This document shows, piece by piece, positions 51,697 through 64,000 of a stretch of 64,000 nt of DNA. The stretch comes from Octopus vulgaris (Eukaryota), in assembly GCA_951406725.2 (NCBI GenBank), contig OX597822.1, positions 26,164,001-26,228,000 on the forward strand, given 5' to 3'. Made by a program: the position numbers and the translations under genes. The notes below the pieces were generated by a model, which did no database searches, was not told where the DNA came from, and saw only the letters and a list, made by a program, of their open reading frames with translations. Position 1 is the first letter of the stretch; each line of letters begins with the position of its first letter.

Positions 51697-51971
51697 TATA
51701 CATATATGTATGTATAAATGTAACTATGTATAAAAGGTACGTAAGCTAGATATACGCGTCTCTGTGTTTCAACATGCGTCTATGAATATAATTATCCTGC
51801 TCAGTGTTCTTGTAAAATGTGCGTAGGTATATCATAAGTCTTTGAAGTGTATCCTGTCTGTCGGTTTTTCTGTTAAACGAACTTAACGCTCCATGATTTA
51901 TTTCCCTCTAATATTGCTTTCTTCTGGTAATTCACTGATATATAACCTGTACAGATGGGCATGATATATAT

Positions 51972-52185
51972 TCTTTTAATCTTTTACTTGTTTCAGTCAT
52001 TAGACGGCAGCCATGATGGGATACCACCTTGAAAAATGTTTAGTCAGATTAATCGACCCCAGTACTGACTTTTTTTAAAAACCTGGTACTTATTTTATCG
52101 CCCTGCTTTGCCGAACCGCTAGAATACGGGGACGAAACACGCCAACACCGGTCGTCAAGCGGTAACGGAAGACAAACACAGACAC
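51972..52185 (-). mobile_element. SINE family A, 3' half (older)
   Basis: ttttacttgtttcagtcattagacggcagccatg tail. Confidence 0.78.
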
Positions 52186-52494
52186 ATTGACACGCACGCA
52201 CACAAATGCTGAAATTTATTAAATTTCTAAACAAATTAGTGTCACCCATTCTCTGCAGATTTGATGTGTACATAAGCAAATTGGCTGCTTGTTTCTCTGG
52301 GAGATTAGTCCAGTGATGAGACACCAATAAAGGTCGAAACTCAATCATCGCTGTTCATCATATTTTTCCGTCGACAGAGAAATAGATACAATTGACATGT
52401 TTGTATGTCAAGTACGTTGATTTACATACGTAATGCTGGTGTTTCCAGCATGAATGTAAGATATGTAATACATGCTTAATATGTGTGTGTGTGT

Positions 52495-52507
<13 letters not shown>

Positions 52508-52530
<23 letters not shown>

Positions 52531-52810
52531 AACAGCCTGGGTTTCAAGAGACCACAGCTTTTTAATATTCTCCCAAAACGTCTGAGGAACTTGCACAAAG
52601 TAGATGTAGGGCTTTTAAATCAAAGCTGGACCTCTTCCTGTCGAGAGTCCCAGATGAGCCTACCTCGCGGTAAGAGGTGCAAATGAGGGTAGCTATATCA
52701 AACTCCATTCTTCATCAAGTACCATATATTAGAGAAGGCTCTTAGTAATAACTGTAGCGCAAAACGGCGGTGCATCAGCATGGCCGCAGCTATGAGCTGA
52801 AACTTAGAAT
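52508..52810 (+). mobile_element. CR1/L2-group LINE 3' end whose tail matches SINE family A
   Basis: NSLGFKRPQLFNILPKRLRNL / FKSKLDLFLSRVPDEP C-terminal ORF2 motif (one frameshift), then ggcggtgcatcagcatggccgcagctatgagctgaaac. Confidence 0.8.
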
Positions 52811-52834
52811 ATATATATATATATATATATATAA

Positions 52835-53368
52835 ATTTATAAATGAGGGTGAAAAATCAGATATTAATTTCCATCAGTTTAACACCAAGTGGCTTAGCAC
52901 ATAAAAAACCAGGGAGACAATACAAATTTATACTTAAATATGAGAGTTAACGCTAAGTGGTTAACTCTAGTGCTAAAAATAGCTCCTTTTTCTTGTATAG
53001 CCACCAAAAGTTGTTTCCAATAAGAAATAACATTACATTCAACGTAAGGAAAGTGAAATACAACGAAAAAATAGATTAACCCCGAACAATTGTTTCATTA
53101 TTAATATAATATGCAATTTTACTCACATGTTTATCTATAAATCATCAGCGGAGGTTTGTCTTCGATACAATTTATTAGACCCTCACGAGCGTCAAATACC
53201 CATGCGGTTTAATCGATGTATTTCACTTTTAATTCGTTGTATTTCCCTTTCCTTACGTTGAATGTAATGTTATTTCTTATTGGAAACAACATTTGGTGGC
53301 TATACCAGAAAAAGGAGCTATTTTTAGCACTAGAGTTAACCACTTAGCGGTAACTCTCTCATATTTAA

Positions 53369-53372
<4 letters not shown>
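52835..53372. mobile_element. Penelope-like remnant with an inverted repeat of about 140 bp, between (TA)n tracts
   Basis: 52930-53067 is inverted at 53233-53372; hammerhead motif in the spacer. Confidence 0.65.
53078..53156 (-). ncRNA. Type I minimal (dimer-type) hammerhead ribozyme
   Basis: AACC(U)CCG-CUGAUGA-[AU-rich stem II]-GAAA-CAAUUG-UU-CGGGGUU: 7-bp stem I with one bulge, intact core, palindromic stem III, GUU triplet. Confidence 0.62.
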
Positions 53373-53427
<55 letters not shown>

Positions 53428-54012
53428 TATATTTACACCCAGGCTTGTATTAGCTGTTGTTCATCTTTATAAGATACACGTGAAAGGAAAAGAAAACGAA
53501 ACGTGTCAGTGTTTATATCGGTATGTATGTACGCGAGTGCGAATATGAGATACCTGTATATGAGATATCCGTGTGTGTATGAAATAACACTCCATGCACA
53601 CACACCACACACACACATGCGCACACACTTGTAGTCAGTGATACGTAAACACATATATATTGAATTACACTCCGCTATTTTGCTGGAGATGTTTGTATTA
53701 GCTCACTTATTTTTCGTTCGTTAACCTTTTTTACAGCTGCCTTAACGAGTTCGCGGCGCGGCGGTGATGGTATTCGGCACTGCTTGCGATGGCGGTGGTG
53801 GTAGTGGTGGTGATGGTGGTGGTGTGTGGAGGCTAATCAGTGGAGGAGCAATGAAATTATCTTCAACAGATAACTGTATTGTTGCTGTCGTCGTTGTGTT
53901 TTTTGGCTTACAATCAACGTGGGTCCTTACTTAGCCAGTATTATTATTAGCCCTTATATTTTTTTTTGCAATTGTATATCGTCTGCAGTCTACCTCACCG
54001 TCACATCTATAT

Positions 54013-54071
<59 letters not shown>

Positions 54072-55096
54072 TATATGTATACATGTATGTACGTATACAT
54101 ATGTATATATGCATATATCTATTATTTATATTATATATATATATGTTTGTCATGTGTGAGAGAGAGAATTAGTGTGCGTGTATGTGTGCATGCGTGCGTG
54201 TGTGCGCGCACGCGTTTGTATGCATATGTGTGTGTGTGCGTGTGTGCACATGTGTATTGTTTTAATCCGACCAGCGACAGATGTGTTGTGTGCTAGACTA
54301 GATATATCCCCCCCCCCCATACACACACATATCAACTGTTTGTTACCCGGTTAGGGTTTTGGCATCGTATCAGCAAATTGTGAAACAAACTTGAGAGAAA
54401 TTATACTAAATATCCAAAAGGTTTCAGGAGCAAACAACAACAAAAACTAACAAGCAAACAAACAATAATACTAGATAATTCATTGTAAGCTACAAGATAG
54501 AAGGAGAAAAGAGTTCAACGCTTCGGAAAAGGATCATGCATCAATAAAGTTCAGAGGAGGAAGTGCTATCCTGTTATGAAAGCTACCGCTCAATGATAAA
54601 ACTATTTTACTTTTAGCTTTCTTGGTTTTATATTTTATAAACAAAATTAATTTACGCTTATAAGTGTATGTACATATCTATCTATCTAGCTAGCTAGCTA
54701 CACGCACACACACACACACATACACACACACACACGCGCACACACACACACACACTTCATATATCTTTTTATGTCCATACGCTTGTATTTAATCCTCTGG
54801 TAGAATAAGCCAAACGCAATGTGAGAGAAACTATACCTTTGGAACTAGTTTATTTAATTAAACTACACATCCCTTCGCTCTACTAGTTTTCATTTACAAA
54901 TTTAAGGTCAACCAGGGCCTTTGAAAAAATAATTTGTCTAGGTTGCTTCGTATTAGTATTGAACTCCATACCTTTTGAATGCAAGGCATACATTTGGCAT
55001 ATAGCGCATCTATTCATAGTCTAGCGTGAAGTGAGAACATGTGCACATAAAAATGCCTTCTGTCATACGATACGTAATCACTACGAGCAATATAGA

Positions 55097-56460
55097 TTTT
55101 TTTATTAGGCCACGCAGGGCCGAACACAGAGGGGACAATACCATGTAGGATTTTTATTTTCAAAACCGATCAATAGGGATCGAAAACCTTTTGGTGTGTG
55201 TACACAAAGAGATAACAAGGTAACGTTTTAACAAGAGAAATTCCCCAAAGGGGGAGAAAATATAACACTGACTAGGGTTATCCGTGGAAAGAAAAACCTA
55301 CGAAAAATAACCACGGTAACCTCGGAAAAATAAACACGAGAACAAAACGCCCTTCCTCTTTTTGTTTTATAGGTTCATGCTCAAAGTGGGTCCATCATTC
55401 ATACATCCCATCTCTGCTACATTCACCCACATTTTATTAAACTTTTAATTAGACAAAACCTCCCTCTCTGCTCTCACCCTCCTTTCCAAGTAATACTTGA
55501 AAAAGTTGATGAGAAGTTGGCCAGAGAGGAAAATATTTGTCTCTAAGCCTTTCAAACTAGCGCACCATACACATTCTTTCGCCATAGCCACCAATACGAT
55601 GAAAACTGCCTTGCCTTCCCGGTTAAAGGAAGGTAGCGGGGCAGTATTTACGATAGACTCGGTTGACCACCGGACTCGTCCTACATGTGACAGCAGCCGT
55701 TCGACACAGGTCTGAAATATTTGGACATTGCACGAGTGCATGCAGAACGGTTTTGTCGTTCTGACCGTATCTCAGGCAGGTGCGTTCGGTGTTTTTTGAA
55801 CCGTGTCTGTAGACCTTATCTCGAACGGGCAACGCTCCCCGATAGCACTGCCGGGCCAGGAATCTCTGGAAACTGTCCATAGATCTTGGCCCAGAAGTGG
55901 TCCTGAAGAGGCGACTCAGATATTCCCTGTCGACGCCCAGAGTTTCCCTAAGATCGTCGTCGTACCTCCCCTCCACTAATTCTCTAAAATCACCTTGATG
56001 GAATGAAATCACACAAGTTTGAATCCGGATGCAGAGCTGCTCGAGAGCATGGTGACACTCGCAGTGCCATTCACACAGCCTCGGTCTCTACTTGATCCAT
56101 GATTGCTGTTCGGTAAATGAGACGAGCTGCGACAAAGCCCGTCTCACAAACGGCGACCGCGCCTGCTCACCGTAGTGAAACGCTAGAGATGTCGCAGTCT
56201 CAGCGCATGCCTGCGTATCATCAACCATGGCATACCCAGTCTGCCATTTAAAGGATGTTGACAGCAGATGGATCGCCTAACCATCGGAACGCTTCCCCTC
56301 CACAAAAAAAAACGGAAGAGTATGCGTTCCAGTTTCGTGATGGTAGGGTCGAGACAAAGCACGACGGTCAAACAGTAGTAGATGACGGATGTGATGTTCG
56401 CATTCGCCACCTCAGCCCGACCTTTTAGAGAAAACTTCCTCTCGGCCCATAGCTGGGTGT
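55097..56460 (-). mobile_element. Degenerate L1/Tx1-clade LINE, 3' part
   Basis: LFRFFLWRG...VRRSICCQHPLNGRLGMPWL, YRGALPVRDK, degenerate CCHC (TCLRYGQNDKTVLHALVQC), 3' UTR ending AATAAAAAAA. Confidence 0.85.
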
Positions 56461-56825
56461 GATATATTCTTATCAGGAAACACGGTTTCGGGTGAATTCA
56501 CATCTGGTGCTGGCTTTTATGCTGCAGTATTAGAGAACGTGGCTTTGTTCCAGAATCACGATGCTTGAACAAATAAAGAACTATGAAAGATAAGACAACA
56601 TCGAATATATTAAGGTGACCTACATATTATTTTTCTCGCGGAATGCACGAGTTATATATACGTACACACATACACAGATGCACACGCGATACACAGATTC
56701 TTGCATACTTTGTCACTTTGTGTTGAACGAAAAGCAAAGTCAGCACCAGCGAAGCTTGGACTTAAAAGTATAAGAAAATATGTAAGAGTGTAACTAAATA
56801 CAGCTCAATATCTGGGGCGGTCTCA

Positions 56826-57205
56826 AGGCGGCAAGCTAGCAGAATCGTTAGCACGCCGGGCAAAGTACTTAGCGGTATTTCGTCTGCCGTTACGTTCTGA
56901 GTTCAAATTCCGCCGACGTCGACTTTGCCTTTCATCCTTTCGGGGGTCGATAAATTAAGTACCAGTTACGCACTGGGGTCGATATAATCGACTTAATCCG
57001 TTTGTCTGTCCTTGTTTGTCCTCTCGTTATGGGTAGGAAAGAAATCGGTATTTCATCCGACTTTACGTTCTGAGTTCAAATTCCAACGGAGTCGACTTTG
57101 CCTTTCATCTTTTCGCGGTCGATACAATAGGTACCACTTGAGTACTGGGATCGATGTAATCGACTTATCCCTGAACTTGCTGGACTTGTATCAAACTTTG
57201 AAACC
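56826..57205 (+). mobile_element. SINE family B composite (head-body-tail1-body-old tail)
   Basis: Junction aagaaatc|ggtatttc at about 57047. Confidence 0.88.
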
Positions 57206-57856
57206 AGTATAAAAGCCAGCCTCAACACTAGTGTTTCTCCGAGTGGATGCCAAGGAACACGAAACGTTTCCTGATAAAATTTCTGGGAGATTGCGAAAGA
57301 AGACGTTTAAAAAAATTCAATAAAAATTTGTTTTGTATGGTTTTTCACCATTTTAGACATTAGTCATTATATGCTTTTTTAATGAATAAGATCTCTCTCT
57401 AAAATGATTTTTTTTTTCTCACTAAATGCCTTATTAAAATTTGGGTGAAAGCCGTAAGCTGACAGAATCATTAAAGCATTGGGAAAACTGCTCATGTTCT
57501 GAATTGGAAGCTATGATCGTGACGACTGGAATATCTCTGACCCCCAGTTAAGGCTTAGTAAAAGTTAAGCAACATCAGCTATAAAACTTAGTTGTCATTA
57601 ACAAAATTTGTGGTTCGCGTCGTTCCATTTCTTGAAGCATGCTAAAGATGTGAACAAGGATGATCGTGCACCTTGACAGCAAGTATGAAGGGGCACAAAA
57701 TTGTCTTTGGTTTATTATCCCTGTTATTAAAGTCCGATGCAGAAAGTGTCTCTACCCTCCCCCACTTGAAACATTGCTGTTATTGAGGTTTCTTTTGACA
57801 CTATTGATGTTATAACGCCGCCGTTGTTGTTGTACTTGCAGCAGCTGCTGCTGTTG

Positions 57857-58334
57857 TCTTCTTCTTCTTCTTCTTCTTCTTCTTCTTCTTCTTCCAATCA
57901 GGACTCACGCCGTTAACCACAAAGAATAATCTCTAATTCGAGCCTACTCTAAGCTACTATGAATGCGTGCGGCAACTTGAAGATCCACCCACCACATGCG
58001 ATCGACTGGCTGTTGCATGGGCGCGAAAGCTACGTTGTTATCCTCATTCCGTAAACGGTGGCTTTTTAACGGGTGGAGAGCTGAACCATCCTGGGGTACA
58101 GAGGATTCGACGAGTGTCTGAAAGTTTACCACACACCATGGTTCCTCTGGAAGAAAGAGTGAGAGAAAGCTGTGGTGAAAGAATACAGCGGGCTTCCCCC
58201 CCACCCCGCTGGAACCTCGTGAAGCTTAGGTGTTTTTGCTCAATAAACACTCACAATGCCCGGTCTGGGAATCGAAACCGCGTTCTTGCGACCGCGAGTC
58301 CGCTGCCCTAACAACTGGGCCATTGCGCCTCCAC
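57857..58334 (-). mobile_element. SINE family C with (AAG)n tail
   Basis: Match to 18663-19168. Confidence 0.88.
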
Positions 58335-58773
58335 TGTTGTTGTTGTTGTTGCTGTTGTTACTATTTACAACCTGGTCAGGCCTGACTGAGCAAAATACTA
58401 TGATCGCAGACACTCGAACCGTGATCCGCTCATTATATATATTTTATGGTTTGATTTTCTTTTCTTTATATTTTTGATATCTCTATGACTACATTGCCCA
58501 ACGTGTCTTCCCCTGGTATTTCGTTGCTACTGTTATATTCTTCTTGTAATTGTTGTCGTAGTGGTCATCGGCATCAGCGATATTGTTGTTGTTTTTGTTG
58601 TTGCTGATTTCGTCAACGTTGTAGGTGTTTATTTATTTATTTTCATCCATCCATTCATAATCACAGTGATAAATGGTTTACCGGATGCAATAAAAAAATG
58701 TGCAGGAAACGGCTACGAAACTAGATACCAACGCCATTACACTCCGTGCCAACAGTCCCTGAATGACATTGTG

Positions 58774-58822
<49 letters not shown>

Positions 58823-59229
58823 ATATGCGTGTGTCTGTATGTGTGCTTGTGTGTATGTGTACACATAAGAGGAAGACTTGATCTATGGCTCACTTTAATA
58901 CTCCAGTACCAGATCCCTTTCCTTGTATGACCTTCGGGGGACTTCCATCTGTTGAAAACATTCAAGTCTCTAAATCTAGAACAACTTCTGCTCTTTCTCA
59001 CACCAATCTCAGAACCCCTAAAAAGGGCTCATAAATTGTGCCATTCTTTGTCTAATGAAGCCATGAAAGTGTGCATGCATTTTACTTGCACCTTTTGGGA
59101 AGATAACTAGATGTTGATTGAGCAGTACTAGATCAGAGATGTTCCAGCCACGATCATTACGTGTTTCTTTTCTTTTTTCTCTTTTTAGACAGTCAATCTA
59201 AGAATGCGTTATCAATCGTCTTATTTGCT

Positions 59230-59441
59230 GGTAAGGACACCGAATTTCGCTGTGCAACCATAATATACAACCAGCTATATAATGGTTGGTGATTGAATCG
59301 TACCTGTTGGGGCTTGAATTGCATCTGTTGGTGCTTGAATTGCACCGCTAACACAGATGAGACACAGTGTTGACCTATCAGCCCTTAATATACTTAACAG
59401 TGTATTATTCTGGTTGCACAACGAAATATGGTGTCCCTACC
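59230..59441. mobile_element. Small MITE with GGTA termini
   Basis: GGTAAGGACACCGAATTTCGCTGTGCAACCA versus TGGTTGCACAACGAAATATGGTGTCCCTACC; internal 21-bp tandem duplication; no TSD seen. Confidence 0.65.
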
Positions 59442-61670
59442 AACAGTTAATATGTACATAGCAGTCGCCAGGAATGTGTTTCATATGTAAAACTGGCACA
59501 TCCAATTATGTTACACCTCTATATTTGCTGGTTACTTAAGCAATGTGTTTGTGGATGATTAATGGGTTGGATATGGTGCTGAGAAAGGAGTAAGAACTTC
59601 TGGAATATGCATATTTACCCATTACCTATTTTGCTATCTTCGATCGCATTGTTTATATAGACGTATTCGCATACGAAACATCGTAACTTCCACTGCTGGC
59701 TCTAGTTTCTATAGAAAATCTGTAGAGATAACTTTAGCAAGTTATCCATTGTATGTTTCCATTTTTTAAGCTTCGTCTCTCTCTTTCTTGTCCAGTCCAT
59801 ATAGTAAAGATTGACGAGGTCGAAGTGTAAATAGTTATTTCTTGACTGCTTCATCGAAGCCGATTGCAAAAGAGAGATGGGAGGAAGTGGTCCAAGCAAT
59901 TGACTGGCATTTTTATTCATCGACTTCAGAGCAATAAAAAGGTGAAGTAGACCCCGGCTGGATTTGAACTCAGGGCACAGGGAGCCGTCGGAATATATAC
60001 TGCAAATAATTCTATGTCGCGCTCTAACAACGCTCAGTTCACCATCTTTTCTGTTTCAGTCGTCAGGGCGTAAATAGGGAGAAATTTGTCTGCTATTTCT
60101 ACCAAATCGAGCGACTACTTAGAGGATCCCTCGTTGGCTCACGATATACCAGTTACGTTAGACCTGTAACTTCGTTACCATCTAGTGAGTTGATTTCTAG
60201 TCAAGCTGTTGTATATAAGTTTATTCTGAAATCATCTACAAACAACAACGCATCAAAACCAAACTTCTCCATTACCTACACCAACAAGGGAGGTTCGACG
60301 TGGTCGCTAGACCTGCTAAAAACAGCAACTAAATTCCTCTCAAGTTTATACTACACGTTATTATCTTAATAAATCAACAACACTGGATATTGTGATTGTA
60401 TTTTCATTTTCTGAAAAATAAGATGAGCTTGTCATGGCTGGAACGGAACAATACCATCATCATTTCCATCTCCTTAGTGTCGTCACCTCTTTTCTTTCTC
60501 TTCTGCCATTTTTTTTTGTTTTATCAACTTGAATCTCGCTTTTGATTTTGCTTTCTAAAATAATGTCCCGGTCTCTTTTTCTACGGGATTCCGCCACGAG
60601 GCTTGTTTTCACAATCATTACCACTTCTCTCAAAATATGACTCATGTAGTGACATCTATTTTTATTTATTTTTTTTACCTTGTGACTGATCTTTCAAGCC
60701 TGACTCTAATTTCCTTTATTTGCATTCTACCCAACTTACGTTTTACACATAAAATACTTTCAAGGTATTCTTTCTTGGAACGAATCCAAACTCTTGTAAT
60801 TTTCTTTGATGGTTCTCCAGTTTTTACAAATATAAGTTAAGGTTAGCAGAGCATTTGAGTTGAATAACTGCCATTTCGTTTCAACAAGAGAATATCCTAT
60901 ATATACTTCGACAAAAAGAAAAAAAATTAGAGAATTTAATTGTGCTGAACACTATCATATAAATGCACTGAAGAAAAGGCAGATTTAAGAACAAAATGGG
61001 ATATATGAAAGAATGATAACCACGCAATGATAAATCTAAAAGCAAAAATGCAAAAGAACGAAAAGCACTAATTTAGTGCAACACACCTTTAGCTTTAAAG
61101 TAACTTCCAACATAAACAGATAATAACTAGTGATAAGCAAAAATAATTTCCCCGTCAATCGGGGGAGATTGAAAGAATAGAACTAGTCATGCGCCAAGGA
61201 ACAAACTAAGTTCATTGCTCTAATGCAGCTGTAACAACACATTGAAATGTTCACGCAATAACAAACGCTTTCCGATGGCATATTACTGGTATATTACAAT
61301 GTGAGGGTGGAGAAGGAAGTGTTACCTTTCGGGCCTTCTCTGAGTATGTACTTGTACATAGAAAAGGACAACTAAGAGAGGACACTAGCCCACGAGTAAC
61401 CCTTGAAGGTCTTCTCTCTTTTGAGGAATTATTCATCGCTTCATTTAAAATACCATCCGAAAATCACGGTATGAACGCTTTTGAATATATTCATTTTATC
61501 TGGGCTGACTAGGGGTTAGAGTATAATGCACCCAACCGTCTAAGGACATGAACCATGCTTTCGTTAATTCTTTCAGGGGACTGCATGATCGCAGACAAAC
61601 GTCGACAAACTCTTGGTCCCTGCACTCTTGATCCGTCGAAACATCCAGGATGCAATAGTTTCAGAGAGAG

Positions 61671-61725
<55 letters not shown>

Positions 61726-62646
61726 TGGTTGTACTAGTAACTGGTTGGTACTAATTTACAACTGAGTTGACTGGAGCAACGTAAAATGGAGAATCTTGCT
61801 CAAGGACAAAATGCGTCATTCTGTCCAGGAAATGAACTTACAACGTTATAAGGAACCGAACTCTTCTAACCATTAGGCCATACATCTTCACAAGTAGGAG
61901 GTAGATAATAATAAACATAAGGAATCGGGACGGCTTCTTGTGGTTACTCTGACTGTCAGAAATAACAGTCAACATCTCTTACATCACACAGTTAACCGTT
62001 TAAAAATATTTGAAGGACACACTGAATAATGTAACCCAACATTTATTATGTATGAGCAAATTATGGGAAAGGTATGGCTGCAGTGTATATGGCCATAAAT
62101 CTCGATCAGAACAGAGTTGGAGCTAGAAAACAACATCTAACAGTGGCTATTGATTTGGGCAGTGGCTATAAAATGCCATCTGAAAATAAAAGGAACGGCA
62201 CACTGGATAATGAAGTCCATGGTACATTATATCTATAATAAAAAACGTAGGAAAAGAAACAAGCGAGATTGTCATAACGGGATCGTCCTCGATTCTTTGA
62301 TTTCTCGGTTAAGGATGAAATGAGATTGAGAGCTAAGTGTGGAAGAAGACGAGGAAGGAAGGAAGGAAGGACTACAAGGAGAATGTGAATGGGGTGGTTG
62401 CGGAGGAAGGAAAAAGGGAAGGCGAACGATGAAGAGGACGAGGAAGGGATGGCGGAGATGAAGAAGAGGCGTATGAAGAAGATGAGGAATGAGGGGAGAT
62501 GGAAGGGTAAATAATGAAGAGGAAGAGGCGGAAAATGGAGGAGAAGGGAAGGGGGAGCGAAAGTTGTGAGGTAAGGAGGATAAACAAGGACATCATTAAG
62601 AAGTAATGCTAATTATAGCGACGAACAGTTGCGAAGTCAATAAAAG

Positions 62647-62888
<242 letters not shown>

Positions 62889-63262
62889 TGTGTGAGTATA
62901 TAAATATATATATTATATATGGACAAGAACATGTGTATATACACCACATATGTATGTATATATATAACCATATACGGGACATACATAGCATCAGTCATCA
63001 TCATATATACCAGATCATCTATAGCATATATATATATATATATATATATTATATAAAACTATATATAAAATTGTGAATATGACTGTATACTACTATGAAC
63101 ATATATGTATAATATCATATGCATGAGTGTATATTCAATCAGAATGAATATTTAACATTCTCTCTCTCATTTTATTTATATTCAATTATATATATATCTA
63201 TCTATAATATATCATTATAAGATTGTAAATAAAACGTGAAAATCAGACAAGGTTGGAACTCT

Positions 63263-63294
<32 letters not shown>

Positions 63295-63314
63295 AGGGGA
63301 AGTGCTTCATTCCG

Positions 63315-63420
63315 TTCGCTATTGGCTAATTTGACATTGCATCGCTAAGAACACTTCCATGTTGTTGACCTAAATATAACTCACCCAGCGCATCTGAGTC
63401 ATAGGTAACTATGGCAACTA
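63315..63420. promoter_or_regulatory. Possible cis-regulatory cluster: CCAAT, AP-1 and RFX X-box motifs
   Basis: ATTGG 63321-63325, TGAGTCA 63395-63401, GTAACTATGGCAAC 63405-63418 in unique sequence; motif match only. Confidence 0.25.
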
Positions 63421-63511
63421 TGGGATGCTAAGAAAACAAGTCTCGTAACCATATTCCAGGATGCGTGAAAACAACGGAGTAGGGGTTGAGCAAAGACGAT
63501 TATTTAGTGAC

Positions 63512-63938
63512 TGTGGTAGTGGTGGTGGCGGGGGGGTTGTGGTGGTGGTGGTGGTGGTGGTGGTGGTGGTGGTGGTGGTGGTGGTGGTGGTGGTGGTTGT
63601 GGTGGTGGATAGTGGTGGTGGTGGTGGTGGTGGTGGTGGTGGTAATGATGATTGGAAGGTGCTGAATATTATATAAGAGTGCGTCGAAAGTATGCTGGCG
63701 AAAATGGGGGCGCAGGTAGAAGTATGAATAAAAGGTGAAAATTTTGGTGGCGGCGGCAGCAGCGGCGACGGTGGTGGTGATAGCGGCGGCGGCGCACATA
63801 CATGCATACATACATACATACAAGCATATATGCATACATGTATACGTACGTATTCATTCATGTATGTATGGATGTACGTACATATATATACATGTACGTA
63901 CATACATGCATATATGCATATATATATATAAATATATA

Positions 63939-63986
<48 letters not shown>

Positions 63987-64000
63987 CACATACACACACA
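63512..64000. repeat. (GGT)n, (GGC)n and (AT/AC)n microsatellites
   Basis: Directly visible. Confidence 0.92.

Noticed and set aside
58880-59030. Short ORFs on both strands, one faintly like an RTE C-terminus
   Set aside because: Too short and degenerate to assign.

Overview
Eukaryotic, AT-rich, repeat-dominated DNA, intergenic or intronic. The SINE families and dense compound microsatellites resemble a coleoid cephalopod (Octopus-like) genome; this is an inference from repeat style. No host gene can be identified with confidence; the only candidate is a 174-aa acidic ORF or terminal exon at 148-672. The window holds: a young CR1/L2-group LINE with an intact endonuclease-RT ORF2; decayed CR1, RTE and Tx1/L1 fragments; an ORF1-only (HAL1-like) retroelement; dozens of tRNA-derived SINEs of at least three families; mariner, hAT, pogo/Tigger, Merlin-like and Helitron elements; and Penelope-like remnants with hammerhead-ribozyme motifs. 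Most notable: (1) a Tx1-like LINE, the ORF1-only element and one SINE family share a 3' tail, with repeated insertion into that SINE's own head; (2) a G_GGA_AAC -1 slippery site joins ORF1 to an AUG-less ORF2 in the intact LINE; (3) minimal hammerheads occur in inverted Penelope-like repeats; (4) a telomere-repeat-bearing MITE family with 8-bp TSDs ranges from short-TIR to full 800-bp palindrome. Most short ORFs in the supplied track are microsatellite or antisense artefacts. All alignments were done by eye, and boundaries of old repeats are approximate.
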